Both the position numbers and the translations under genes were made by a program. This document shows, piece after piece, positions 12,722 through 41,210 of a stretch of 64,000 nucleotides of DNA. A model generated the notes under the pieces. That model had not been told where the DNA came from and did no database searches. It worked only from the letters and a program-made list of their open reading frames with translations. The stretch is from Macrostomum lignano (lineage: Eukaryota): positions 33,187 through 97,186 of the forward strand of contig NIVC01000241.1 of the NCBI GenBank assembly GCA_002269645.1. Reading direction: 5' to 3'. How positions within the stretch are numbered: the first letter of the stretch is position 1; each line of letters begins with the position of its first letter.

Positions 12722-12927
12722 ATGGAATTCGGACGTCGTCGAGAATTAAGGCGTCTGGCAACAGCCGGCTCAGCAGCTGCCGCAACCGCCGCCGCCGCCT
12801 CAGGTGGCTCGGGTAGGTGGACCCAGCGGCGGCACTCGCTGATGTGGACCAACAGTACAGCGCACGCCGCTAGAAGGCACTTCATTCACGCCCGGCTGGT
12901 GCAGAGAGTCTGGGAGCGAACTACCAG
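12722..12927 (+). CDS. PDE4: Candidate PDE4 alternative first coding exon E (MEFGRRRELRRLATAG...QRRHSLMW...VWERTT)
   Basis: ATG-led ORF with an RRHS motif and a phase-2 donor AG|GTAGCT at 12928, immediately before the in-frame stop. Confidence 0.55.
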
Positions 12928-13511
12928 GTAGCTGCAAGCTAAGCTGAGGAAGCTGACCAAGCCCAGCCCGAGTGCAGCCAGTGAAATGCTGGAAATTCAG
13001 ATTTGCATCTCGCTACGCACTGTTGTCACTTCGAGCCTTGGGGCTTTTGGGCGAATAGATGCTCGGACTGATAGATAGAGGAGCTGTAGAGATGCGGGCG
13101 AGAGACTGGGGGTGAGACGGAATGAGCCGCGCCAGTCCACTAAATTGGCTCGGGGCTCCGGGTCTCGCGTCAGTCCATTCTCTGGACTCCCCTCCGCTCT
13201 CGTTAGCAACCCAGCTTGGGGGAACCAGTGCCGAATGGGGCCTCGGGCTTCTGTCGGGTGCGTGCGCAGCAGGGGGGAAGCTAATGCCTAGAGACTGGCG
13301 CGAAGATTTTAGATATAGCGGCTCTGACAGACCCACTATGCGCACTACTTGCTCCAGTCCAGTGCGGTGTTTTCAGCTCCCGCGAAATAGCTTTACTATG
13401 GATTGGGAAATAAGCTCTGGACATCCCACCAGCAGAAAAATTTCCCCATTCGTCAAAGAGGATCCTCTAGTAGACGTTTGGAAACCGTCATTTTATATGA
13501 TATGAAGCTTC

Positions 13512-13932
13512 AGAGCAAACCAACTCACAATGCATGAGCAATCCAACTCACAATGCCTGAGCAATCCAACTCACAATGCATGAGCAATCCAACTCACAAT
13601 GCATGAGCAATCCAACTCACAATGCCTGAGCACTCCAACTCACAATGCCTGAGCAATCCAACTCACAATGCCTGAGCACTCCAACTCACAATGCCTGAGC
13701 AATCCAACTCACAATGCCTGAGCACTCCAACTCACAATGCATGAGCAATCCAACTCACAATGCCTGAGCACTCCAACTCACAATGCCTGAGCAATCCAAC
13801 TCACAATGCCTGAGCACTCCAACTCACAATGCCTGAGCAATCCAACTCACAATGCCTGAGCACTCCAACTCACAATGCCTGAGCAATCCAACTCACAATG
13901 CCTGAGCAATCCAACTCACAATGCATGAGCAA
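13512..13932. repeat. 23-bp minisatellite (GAGCAATCCAACTCACAATGCCT), ~18 copies
   Basis: Direct reading. Confidence 0.95.
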
Positions 13933-15009
13933 GTTAAGAAATTATTTTCTAAGAAAATAACTTAATAAGCTTCAGCAGTAGCTAATTCATCGAACAACGC
14001 GACTTCATTAATAATTAGTTAAATTTCTACATTTCCCCAGTTTATTGGCAGCAGTCAAAGGGACAGTATTTGACCCAAGTCTCAGGTAATCAATTATCGT
14101 TTCAACACCGATCCAAGTTGTTCCCAAAGTCCCTGTCCAACTCCCTGGTGAATTTTGCTCACACTCCGATGACCGAATTCCCTTCGTCATGATCTGCGGA
14201 TCTACGACATTTTCATCCTGTATTCTAGGAATTCATGCGACCTAATTTCTTCGCTTCAATGATGCACGCGCGACCGGACTGGGTCGAGGGTAGGGGGGGG
14301 GGGGAGACACAGGGTTCCCACCTCTTCTGCTACCGGCTGGCAGGGCGGCAGTTCCGCATTAATTCTCTTTGGGTCTCTGCCTGCCCACCGCCCACCGCCC
14401 AGACCCAGCGGCTCATCTTCCCTCGGGGAGGGGGCAACAAAACTGAGGCAAGCTTTAACTAAGGACGACATCCAGAGATGTTGAAGCCGGATCGCAGCTT
14501 CCTGTTTATAAACCAGTGCCGATCCCGCCTGAGCCAATGAGCCCCCCGGGAGTCTCAACTTTGCGCAAAGCAAATTTTAAATCGAATCTCTGTGAACTCC
14601 CGCAGCAGCCGGCTGTTTCTCCATCTCCACTTTCATTTTCTTTCCCCCCATCTCTCTCGTCGCATCCGCCCTCTCCTCTTCCCTCCCCGCCTCCCGAATC
14701 CCCGATCCCGGCCTCTCTTTCACGCGGGCCAGCAGTAGAGGGATGAGATTCCGGAGGACCCGCGGGGCGCCGGCCCACTGGGCTTCGCGTCAGCGAGCGT
14801 GTCCGGGATGTGCCAACGGCTCGGCCGGCTGTTGGCGGGGAACTATACAAGGCCTTATCCATAATGGCTCTAGCTAAACAGAGGGCCGCCACTGCCAGCT
14901 TAGCCTCGCCTGTCCCGCCATCTCTGCTTTCTGTCTCAATTCTGCGTGTCTTAAAGAGACAAAAACAGCTGCTTTGCAAGCAAGAAAGCAAAGCAAACCG
15001 CAGCCGACC

Positions 15010-15308
15010 ATGCAGAGCCTCTTGGCCAGCCTTCCGGAGCACCCGGACGAGTCGCAGCAGCCAGCACTGGAGGAGTGGACGGAGACTGAGGAGCTGCCGC
15101 CGCAGGAGGAGATCCAGTACGAGACTTCGGTGATCCCAACGCCGAATGGGGACATCACCGTCACTAAGAAGATCTTGAAGCGGCGCCGGGTCCGCATAAT
15201 CAAGAACATGCAGCAGGGCTTCGTGCCCGCCTCAGCTGCGCCGTCACCTGTTGGCTCCGTGCTCACAAGCAGCACCGTGAAAGTCACTCGGACCCGCCAG
15301 ATGCTCGG
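15010..15308 (+). CDS. PDE4: Candidate PDE4 alternative first coding exon F (MQSLLASLPEHPDESQQ...KKILKRRRVRIIK...RTRQML)
   Basis: ACCATGC start and strongly GC3-biased codons. Phase-2 donor GG|GTGCGC at 15309, directly before the 14-bp array. Confidence 0.65.
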
Positions 15309-15327
15309 GTGCGCGACTGGGACTCAG

Positions 15328-15945
15328 GACCTTAGATCTGGGACCTTGGATCTGGGACCTTGGATCTGGGACCTTGGATCTGGAACCTTGGATCTGGGAC
15401 CTTGGATCTGGGACCTTGGATCTGGGACCTTGGATCTGGGACCTTGGATCTGGGACCTTGGATCTGGGACCTTGGATCTGGGACCTTGGATCTGGGACCT
15501 TGGATCTGGGACCTTGGATCTGGGACCTTGGATCTGGGACCTTGGATCTGGGACCTTGGATCTGGGACCTTGGATCTGGGACCTTGGATCTGGGACCTTG
15601 GATCTGGGACCTTGGATCTGGGACCTTGGATCTGGGACCTTGGATCTGGGACCTTGGATCTGGGACCTTGGATCTGGGACCTTGGATCTGGGACCTTGGA
15701 TCTGGGACCTTGGATCTGGGACCTTGGATCTGGGACCTTGGATCTGGGACCTTGGATCTGGGACCTTGGATCTGGGACCTTGGATCTGGGACCTTGGATC
15801 TGGGACCTTGGATCTGGGACCTTGGATCTGGGACCTTGGATCTGGGACCTCTGATTTGGGACATTGAGTCTGGAACCTTGGTTTCTGGACCTTCGATTTG
15901 GGACCTTGGTTGTGCGACCTTGGATCCTGGACCTTCAACTTATTC
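15328..15945. repeat. 14-bp minisatellite (GGATCTGGGACCTT), ~37 perfect copies plus a degenerate tail
   Basis: Direct reading. Confidence 0.97.
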
Positions 15946-17204
15946 TGTTTGACTGCTCCATAATTGAATCTTTTACCCGAATATTTTGCTTTGCATCCGG
16001 GATATCGAATATAGGAGCCTGGATCTAGGGATTTTCGAACTAGAACTTTAGATTTCAGGGGCTCGGAACAAAAATTCGGATTCGGTATTGTAGATATTAG
16101 TGGCTAACTGGATGTAGGATAATATCAGTCTGTCTAAATCGCTTCTAGTTTCAAGACTTCTTCAGCTGCTCGCCCAGTTGCACTAATATTGCATAAAAAC
16201 ACAATGCGGTAAAGAAGAGAGTTTCATCCCTTTCCAACTCCATCCCCTTCTTTCTCTTCCACTTTCCTACTCTATCTATCTTTTCGCTGCCCAGTTCCTC
16301 CCGGCAGAGTGACATTCGTTGTGTTACGGGGAAACCAGTGAACAGCTTCGCGCACTCTCCATCACTTTTCCTTCGGCTCGGGCTTCGTGACCGCCTGCTG
16401 TGCCGCCACCTGTTGGTTTTGCAATGGTTTGCCTATGCGCAGGCATCCAGTCGGTCGAATAAGCGAATTCCGACCGTACTTTAAGGCCGAACACGTGCAG
16501 CCAGGCCGGCCGGCGAAGGGCCCCCTTCCCAGACACGCAACACCGGAAAGACAATGCCCAATGCCTCTTCTTGCTTATTTCTCCTGCCATTGTATGATGC
16601 GGCGCCTTTTCAAGGTCGCTAGTAGAAGTTCCTCGGGAATGAAGGAGCGAGAGTTCGTTAGCAAAGCGCTTCTTAGTGTGTAGTGATTCCTATCTGTCCA
16701 GGATTCGAGCACTGGGTACCGAATCGAAAGCCCTTGAAAGTAGGCAAAAATAAGCTTTTGCGTACAAAAAGATGAAGGCAATAGACAATAACATAGGATT
16801 GCGCTAGGGACAAGTGCTGTCGCTCTTTTAAAGCCATTTCTGCCTATTTTCAATACGCTCATATTCAATTATCAAATTAATATACAATTTACCTGCCTCG
16901 CCCCCCCGTCCTTCGCTCTGTACTGTAACCGCTATCGATCGCCCCAACCCCCTTCTTGACTCACCAATGCTAGAAACCCCTTTCCTTTCTACCCCCATTC
17001 GCCATCTCTAAATATGAGTATATATGCGACAAGCTGTTAAAACCCATGGACTTCAAATCCGGTGAATTCCAATCCCCGGGACTATTTTTTTCATACACTC
17101 TTAAATCAGAAGTCATTCTCAAACAAAGACTTGATAAATAGTTGGAATATAGGTAAACAAAATTGGAGTATATGTGTGTTAAAGTAAGATTTGATGCCTT
17201 TAAA

Positions 17205-17480
17205 AACTTTTCTCCTCTCTTCTCTTTCCTCTCTCCTTTCTTTTCTCTCCTCTCTACTCTCTTCTCTCGCATCTCTACTCTCTTATCTCTCCTCTCCCCT
17301 CTCTTCTCTCTCATCTCTACTCTCTTTCTCTACTCTCTTATCTCTCTTCTCAACTCTCTCGTCTCTTCTCTCTACTCTCTTATCTCTCCTCTACTCTCTT
17401 ATCTCTCCTCTCTACTCTCTTATCACTCCTCTCTGCTCTCTCCTCTCTGCTCTCTCCTCTCTCCTCTCTACTCTCTACGT
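17205..17480. repeat. CT-rich low-complexity repeat
   Basis: Recurrent CTCTCCTCTCTACTCT-type units. Confidence 0.8.
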
Positions 17481-17995
17481 ATCTACCCTCTACATGTAAG
17501 ACTGCCAAACTGGAGTCAATTAAATTCATAAGCTGCTTGGCACACCTGTCACACTTTAATCTCTTATATTGAATCGGCTCCCAATGATCGAGGAGGTTTG
17601 TTTTGCAGTTCATCCCGGCTGATGAACAGTCCTCAGCTGCTGATAGACTGTTGACAAGCCCGAATCCCGCTGCTGATTGCGGCAATGCAGTCAGTTCCTT
17701 CATTTCGATTCAGCACTTGCCTGCCGGCCTATTTGCATAATCGAATAAACCTCATTTCCTGGCCGAATTCTGAATAATAATATTCAACACGGCATTCTAA
17801 TTGGGCTAAGGAAGCACAATAATAGTCAGAGATAATTCCGGTGCACTTTCCGTTGCTGGGTTAATGAAAGCTACTTTGAATTCAAAGAAAACTTCCGATC
17901 AAGATTGACCGGATTGGGTCAACTCAGGTCGGGTCAAATGAGGTCAAGCACCGGTACTCACTCCCACTCGCCATCTCTAACGATTCCTACTTCAG

Positions 17996-33548
<15,553 letters not shown>

Positions 33549-35239
33549 GGCCCGCGAGCTGAGAGAGACGAATCAAGAAGAAAATTTATTCGTATTACGA
33601 AAGAAGGAAAGGGAAGGAGCAAAATGAGAAAAACTAACAAGGCCCACACACCCGGCACTCTCCGGGACTGCATCCGAACTGCTCTTTGTCCCTCCAGCTG
33701 TGTTTTCCCTGCTCCTCATTTTCTTACTACGAGAAAAAGCAGCCTTTTCCTCCCAAACCTTAGCTTCACGGGGCTTTCCCAGCTCGTCTCAGCGAGGGTC
33801 TCCCTAATCCCCTCGGCCGTCAAATCCCTTTTCCCAGGGGGTGGAGACGGAAGGGGCAATATACGCGCACACAATAATACAAAAGAAGGAAAGAGGAGAG
33901 GCGAGGCAATCGCCGGGAATCGGGTAGACGAGCTGCAACAGCAGCGGCGGTGGTTATATGCGAATAGGACATTACATTTCCCTGCCCCTGTACCAGCTGC
34001 CCCTGCACCACCAATCTACCCTGCAGTCCATGTGCAGCCTCGCATGCCTGCTTGCGCCGCCTTTAATATTAAAACTTGTTAATTTGCTCCAAATCTTGGC
34101 GCATCTCTGTAACGACAGGTTTCGAACTTTCATGCTTTCCACCCCCAGCAACCAGAGTCAGAATCCCAACCGAGTAGTCATTTTGCTCTTCCCGATTCTC
34201 TACCATTGCTGGCTAATTTTACAAGCGGCCCATCTTTGCTTCTTGCTTTTGTCTGCTTCTTGTCTGGTTTGTTATTTTGAAGAAAAGGCACATGTATTTA
34301 TTTTAATTCGCGTAGTAGGGAAACCCGCTTTGTTGTCCGCTGTACCGCTTCGCGTATTCTCATCGATCCACTGATGAAGCAACAAGCCAGTGGAGCCTAT
34401 TCGACTGGCCATTGTCCAGACTGTAAGCTTTGAGATATAGATACGTCTTTTGTCATGACTTTGCACTTAGATTTTGAGCGATTATCAATACGAATTATAT
34501 CAGTGAATGATTTGGTCTTCATGATAACTGTTGATGAAGTTCTTAATCAAGCTGGTTCTCCCCAGCAACTTGTCTGACTTTTATTGTGAAATGCGGCACG
34601 AAACTGATGTTTATTTCCCATCTCCAAGCAGCTCTCGCTCCCTCCGAGTTCCCGTTTGTTTTTCCAACCGAATCTTATATTTTGTTTTCAGCTTCTCTTA
34701 AGCTTATTAAAATACTTGTGTACAAATATGCCAAGTCGCACTACTAATAGTAGAAGTTATTACACAAGTTCATCATATATAAATGCAAATTTATGAGTAT
34801 GAGAGAGATGCTCATAAATTATTAACCAAAATTCTCACGTCTTAATGAATTGTGCTTGCAGTTATTTGCTTTGAGTATTTTTTAATTTAATACGAGTAAT
34901 AAAGCACAAATAAGAGGCAAGTGCCAAAAAGGAGTACAAATCCGCGGAATAGGTCTTGGCATAATGCCAATCAAACTGACTTCAAAATACATGTACATAT
35001 ACAGGTAAAGCAGTCATACTAAGCTATGCAGACAACTAACATCGTAAAAAAGGACGCTATGCGTTGAAATAGTGCGAGTTTTCTTGGAGGCCGGATTTCA
35101 CCCATACGCTCGTAGTTTTTACTCTTTTTTCTAATTTTTCGAAAAGTCGCACAGTGAAACAGAAAATAATAATTATCCTTGCGTCGAATGAATTGTGACA
35201 TAATGACCGCGGGTGGTGTTTGGACATGGTCCACTGCGG

Positions 35240-35990
35240 ATTGCTCTTCCTACCAATGATGACGGCTTTCTGCTGCGGAGATGCGTGGGTCGACGACAAT
35301 TACCGTGCTTGGCTACGCCGACGATCTTGCACTGCTGTCCTCAACTGTTGATGGAGCCCAGCGACAACTGGACATTTATGTTGCTGTTCGGCGAGTGTCA
35401 GCCTGGTGGTCATCACACAGAAGACGACATCGAGGCAGCAATTTTGTGCGGAGGTACAGATGGACAGCAGGCGACGGAGCTTTCGCATTGTCAGCAGTTC
35501 ATCTACCTCTGGTCTGGTTTCCGGCGTTCGCGAGGATCTGGAGAATCTGCGGCGTCGCCGCGGGCTTGCCTGGACTGCTTTCGTTCTGAGGGCAGTCCTG
35601 CGGTCCGAAGCTACCTGACCGCTAGAGAGCGGCGTTGTTCCAGGCGGTGGTCCAGACCGTCCTGGCGACACTCAACTTCATGAGCTTGTCCTGCTGGTGG
35701 CCTGGAATGCACGCTGACATCGAGCGATTGTCAGTCAGTGTGATGTATGCAGCACATGCGGATGTATGCGGCCCAGATTGGGGAAGACCAGAGACACCTG
35801 GCCAGTGGTCATCGAGGATAGCTGCGTCTACATGTACAGCGCTGAGACCTGACACCTGGACGTGGAAGCTCGCTCGAGCAGCAATTGTAGACGCGGCAAA
35901 TGCTGGCCTGCTGCTGCGCGCCGCCTTTAAGATCGCCGGCGAGCGAGTTTCCAACAAGGCGCTGTATCGCTGCGTCGGTTTTGTTGTTGT
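35240..35990 (+). mobile_element. Degenerate non-LTR retrotransposon (RTE-like) reverse transcriptase fragment
   Basis: ITVLGYADDLALLS (YADD motif), LFQAVVQTVL...YSAET, LLRAAFKI...VSNKALY, with frameshifts. Confidence 0.75.
35665..35834 (+). mobile_element. Ty3/gypsy integrase Zn-binding-region fragment nested in the LINE relic
   Basis: WWPGMHADIERL / VSQCDVCSTC / PDWGRPETP..W..RI across small frameshifts, resembling the WWPGM..DI...V..C..C integrase motif. Confidence 0.6.
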
Positions 35991-36964
35991 GCTGTTGCGT
36001 CGAACAGAATATCCTCACACAGACATACTCAAACCTCATAAAAAGCATTTTCTTGTCTTTTCCATTTTCATTGCTTATCATGTTTTGACACTTATATATT
36101 TCTATTATCCAGTATTAACGGCTGTCGATTGAAGAAATTCAGTAGTAGAAAAAGAGGTCACTATACCATGCACCTACAAAAAACCTAGCACGCTACGCTA
36201 CTGGTGTCAGACAGCAGTTGATGTAAGCATCATAGAGGTATAGCTGGATTGCTGAATAGTTTGACAGTTTAATTGTGACAGCCAATCAAAGATCCTGTAT
36301 TAGGGGTTGTCGCACGTAAGAGTAATCAGTAAAAGTCAGTAAGAGCCAATGGTTCTTTTATTTGTTGGTGAGTCGAAAGAGTTCTTTATGAAAATGTTTG
36401 TGAGTTATGAGCGTTTTTTATAGAATATTTTAATTCATAATAAATGCAAGGATGACTTTTAAAAGTAGTCTACCTAAGTCATCCTTGAATTATAAACACG
36501 TTGCCCATGGAAAATTAAATACAGTCTAATTAGATGAAGTCGTTTACCGTAAATATTAAATATACGAGTAGTTAATTTTAATTCAATTAATTTTCTAGAA
36601 AATCTTAATCGTATGACTTAAAATAGAATTATTGAAAATTCGAAGCTTCAATGCTTGTTGTGTAGTGTAGTGTTCTTGTTTTGTGTTTTTATGATTGATT
36701 TCGTATAGACTCAAAGCATAGGAGTTTTATAGCTGCTAATATTTTGGCAGTGTGTTGCCGATCAAATGTACAAGTCCCTTTCATATATAACTTGTGACAC
36801 TTGTCATTTTATCAGCAACTGCTTCCTTGAATTTTCCTAAATTTTCTGTGAATATTTTCTTTTCCTCTCATTCTTGTGCTCTAATTTTTACGTGTACAAT
36901 CACTGTTTATGTTCGGACTTTACGATAATTACGCAGACTTAGTCCCCCTTAGAGTAAACCAAAC

Positions 36965-37649
36965 GGCATTCTTTCGTCTTACGATGCCTGCTATGCATTT
37001 CAATGGGATGGCCCCCATTCGTTTTATGATGCCCATATAAAGCATATGGCATAGGCGTGATGGTGTAGTTTCTGTATAATTTTCGTTTTATGGCAATACA
37101 CGTATTTTGTATTTCATATACTTGACGGATTGTTGTTCATTAATGAAAGTCCAGCGCTATATATTCCGTTTCGTTTTATGATGCCGCAAGTGTTAGAATT
37201 ATTCATTGGGGATCGTAAGACAAAAGTGAGGGGGGGGTACTTTGGGTCCTTAAATTTGTTTACTGCTTCTTCAGCCATGGCTACGAAGTGCCCACTAGGA
37301 TCGTTCTTATAATCGCCCACCAGGCCTATAATATCCATTTTGTTTCGCGATGCCCCAGACGTGACGTTGTAGTTATTCATAAGGCATTGTAAAATGAAAC
37401 AGATTATAATGGCTCAATAGCTTCAGTTGCTAATAAGGGCGGACACAATGTTAAAGCGTGTAAGTTGTGACATTTCCGTGGAAATATAGTCAGAAGTACA
37501 AACCAACTGTGTGACTCAATTTAAGACCTCTGAAACACTGCACTCTTCCATCGTAAAGTATACATTTTTAAGGCCTTCTTGCTTATTTAACATGGGCATC
37601 GTAAGATGAAACATATACAATTTTGGGCATCGTAAGACGAAATAATGCC
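36965..37649. mobile_element. 685-bp MITE with 24-bp TIRs (GGCATTCTTTCGTCTTACGATGCC) and a 3-bp AAC target site duplication
   Basis: TIRs match at 23/24; AAC flanks both ends; several subterminal TTCGTYTTAYGATGCC repeats. Confidence 0.85.
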
Positions 37650-39129
37650 AACTATATACAATGTCTAGGGCAGATGATTAGGCCTAGACTATAGAATCTA
37701 GAATATCTAGAATCTAGATACATATATTTTTCATAGAAATGACTTCTGATAGGCTTTTTATAGAATGCTATTTTTTGTAGAAATGGCATTTTAGAAAACT
37801 GACACTTAAAAATAGGTGCTTTTATATATTTAAATAAGTTCTAGCATAAAAAGTTATTATTAAATGCAAAGCTGATAGTGATAGGCCTATAATAATCTAT
37901 TTTTAAAGCAATCAATTCCTAACAGATTTTTTGTTTTAGAACTTATAATTTGATGAAATTTTCATTGTTTTTAGGCCTACTTTTACAAAAGCAGAGGTTA
38001 GCTTTTTTGTTGTTTCTAATCAAATCAAGGAACATTTTTTATATACTAAGTTGTTGATTATTTACTAAGAGGAAAAAGAAATAAAAGGCTCTGTCTCTAA
38101 TTGTAGGTCTAGCAAAGCAAAGGTAGAAAAAGTTTATTTATAGCCCTCTATGTATTTTAGAACTAAGATTAACTTTTTTAGGCATAGTTGCCAAAAGAAA
38201 TCTTGGCTATTCTAGCTATATTAGGCCTTGCCTAGATTTTTATTGATAGATAAAAGAAAAAATCTAAAAATAGGCCTAATATATTTATCATTTGATATAA
38301 AATTGAGGGTTATATTGAATTTGTCAATATCTAATTTGTCAACAACAAAAATTAAAAGAAATCAAAATCACAAGTTAAGTGAATTTGTCAACAACAAGAC
38401 AGACTCATTATAAAGTTTATTCCTTAGTGCAATAACTGTAGTATAAATTTCTATAGTTCAATGAGCCAAATATTACCAAAAACTTTTATAGGACTTCATA
38501 AGTGCATATTCTAAATGCTATTATGTATATACAACTCAAAATCTAACAAATTGGGCAATCAATGCTACATACATAATATTACATTCTATATAGTTGAGTA
38601 TCTTGATGAAGTATATTAAGAGCTAGTCTATTGGGTGTTTTATATACTATGTATGCTTTATTACACTATTGCATCTTTAGAATAAATCAGTTCACTTTAA
38701 TTCAAATTTATCCTAGGTTTATTTTTCTCCTTAATTATTAATAGAGACTTTTTTAAGTACAACTTCAAATTTCAAAATGAGTACAAAAATAGTTCTGGGG
38801 ATTTATTGCAATTTAGCAAGTTTAAAATCTAAAGATTTAATAGGCTGTAAAAATGTATAGGCCCCTATCAAATAAAACATTTGCCTTTGTTATCTTATAT
38901 GTATCTTCTCAATAGGCTTTTATCTTTATCTTTTAATTTTTCACTTATATTAAATATATACTAGCTAGTCAATAGCATATCATCAGGTAACCAAATTTGT
39001 AAACAATGCATTGTAAGATAAACTGAATTTATCAACATAGTTCAATAGAGTTGACAAATTAAATGTTGACAAATTTGGTGGCACCCAAAATTGAAAGCAA
39101 GAGAACAAATGAGAATAAGATAGTCAAAA

Positions 39130-39560
39130 TGTCAGATAAACAGCATAAAATTTTATATAGGCAATAGTACTTTTCAAATGTTCTAATTTTCTGCTTGTTT
39201 CCACTTTAGTTTTTTTTACAATAGGCCTAGCATTCTTTTAGTTCCTCTCCTTCCCAATTAGGTAATTTTCAATTCAAATTCTAGCATATAATGAGTCTGC
39301 TTTATGTAAGTGCTATAGGTTTCTAAAAAAGCTGTTTATCATTTTTGTATTGAAATTTTGGTAGAAACTTGTTTTTCCTTTCTAATTCTTCTTATTGGAA
39401 TTATTGGCAATATGCTTAATAAGATTCTAAGTCTATTTTTCATAAGGTTTTGAAGTGATATATTGTTGTCCCTTTCTTTGCAAAGTCCAAAAATGACCAA
39501 GTTGTTCCTTTTATCTTTTTTGTTTTATTTCTTTAACAATCTCATTGTAGTTAGGCCCTA
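39130..39560 (-). pseudogene. Decayed LINE ORF1-like fragment inside the CpG-free block
   Basis: Minus strand reads VKEIKQ/KDKRNNLVIFGL and LIGK...RPIV. These resemble the E.ER.RK.NL.IFGL.E and R(L/I)GK...RPI motifs of CR1/L2-type ORF1; many stops. Confidence 0.4.
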
Positions 39561-40964
39561 ATATTGTAAGTTTATCTTTTGATTTCCATATTTAATATTT
39601 TTTAGTCTTTTATCCTCTCTTTAAAAGATGTTGCTTTGTCTTAAAGTTTTTTTAATAGCTCAACTTTCTTCAAAAGTGCTTAAGCATGTATCTTGCAATT
39701 GCAATACCTATAAGAAATTGCTTATGCTAGTGTCAAAGGCTTTGATGATAGTTAAAAAGACTTTTTTGGGAGTTCTTAGTAGCCTTTGTGGCTCTATCTA
39801 TTGTAGCTTCCATATTAGATTCTATCTTCAACCTTTTCTTTGTATGCAACTTGCAAGATAGCTATTTTTGTCATTGTAATTGTTTTTCAATTGTTGTAGT
39901 AGAAAGACACTAGTTAATGATTCAATTTTAGCAATAGGTTGGCTGTTTCATTTAGCTCCTCTTTGAGATATGCCTTAAACTACTTTGGTTAAGTAAAGAG
40001 TTATATCAAAGATATTAAAAAGTTTTTAGGAAAAAGTGATCATAGTGTCTAATAGGTTAATACTAATAGGCCTAAGCTAAATGCATTAAAAATATATTGA
40101 AAATTTAAGCTACAAAACATTTAGTAATTTTTTTATTACTTGACCACTTTTCAAAAATAAAGACTATTATATATATTTTCAAGCATATATGGTTTATCAA
40201 ATCAATGAAATAGAAAAATATTAAAAACAGCTTTCAAATTTTCTTTGAAATCCCTAGGTCTACTATTAGAGGATTCTAGTCATTTTGTCTATTGTCAACT
40301 TGTCTGCCAACAGATGAGTTAACTCTTATCTAAAAAGTAAAAAAAGACAAATTGGTTATACTTATACTTATATGTTAATGTATAAGTACTAGATATGTTT
40401 TTTATTTATGGGGACACTAAATGGACAATTCTACAAGTGTGATAATCATAGGTTTCAAGGTATAATGTTGAATTGTATGAAAAATATTTTATACTTGTAT
40501 TTTGGTCCTAAAATAAGAAGTCTGCATTGTAGTTTATAGAAAAAGGTTTTGGAACTTTAGTTTTATTTGGAAGCAAATAGGACATACTTTAACATTTTTG
40601 CACTATATAGTGCTGATTATGAGTAGTCTTGGGATCATGGTTGGGGCTTCCAATGGAAGGTTGCTGGGCAATGACCCCAGTTGGCTATCCCATCAAGCAA
40701 CCCCTGGCATCCATTTGGTAAATAGCACTAACCTAACCTTTAACAGTAGGTAATTCATATACTTCTAGTTGGCAGTCAAGAAAGTACAACAGGGGAAACA
40801 GTAGCAGCTCCAAAGGTGGATATGCATGCTAGGTTGAATGAACTATTAGTGAAAAGGAGTGTTCTAGCTTGATTTTTTTAATCTCTCATACTTTTTCTCT
40901 ATCCCTTTAAATTAGGTCCAAAATTTGGCGCTACAAAACCAACCAAGAGCTAATTGTAATTTCA

Positions 40965-41210
40965 CCTATAGCAGGCAATGTAGGAAGATAATTCCAGTGA
41001 CCTTGGACTGGTCTTGGATGTCTAAGATAATAGCTACCATCTTTTGGCTATAGTGTACCCTTGTAGTACACAGCTACAGTGAATATGGTAACTTGATTTT
41101 GGTACAAATATACCAATTGCATGGTGTCTTGGTGGGAGCAGGAATAATTTTCACTGTAGTAAAAATGAATAATGATTTCATGCTCTGCCAAGCTAGCTTG
41201 CTATTGGCTA
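40965..41210 (-). pseudogene. Decayed DNA-transposon transposase fragment inside the CpG-free block
   Basis: Reads QASLAEHEIIIHFYYSENYSCSHQDTMQLVYLYQNQVTIFTVAVYYK and, after a frameshift, MVAIILDIQDQSKVT. This resembles the DFSENY..QDEIQSAY..Q.T....ISD..DH.K pattern I recall from animal DDE transposases; superfamily not assigned. Confidence 0.5.

Noticed and set aside
13092-13505. Tiny MRARDW exon with a phase-2 donor, and the 127-aa ORF at 13122
   Set aside because: Too short, or lacking a suitable donor; indistinguishable from chance.
16387-16683. ORF containing MPLLAYFSCHCMMRRLFK as another PDE4 first exon
   Set aside because: No convincing phase-2 donor before the stop.
37114-37380. 88-aa ORF inside the MITE as a transposase
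   Set aside because: Too short, with no DDE or DNA-binding motif.
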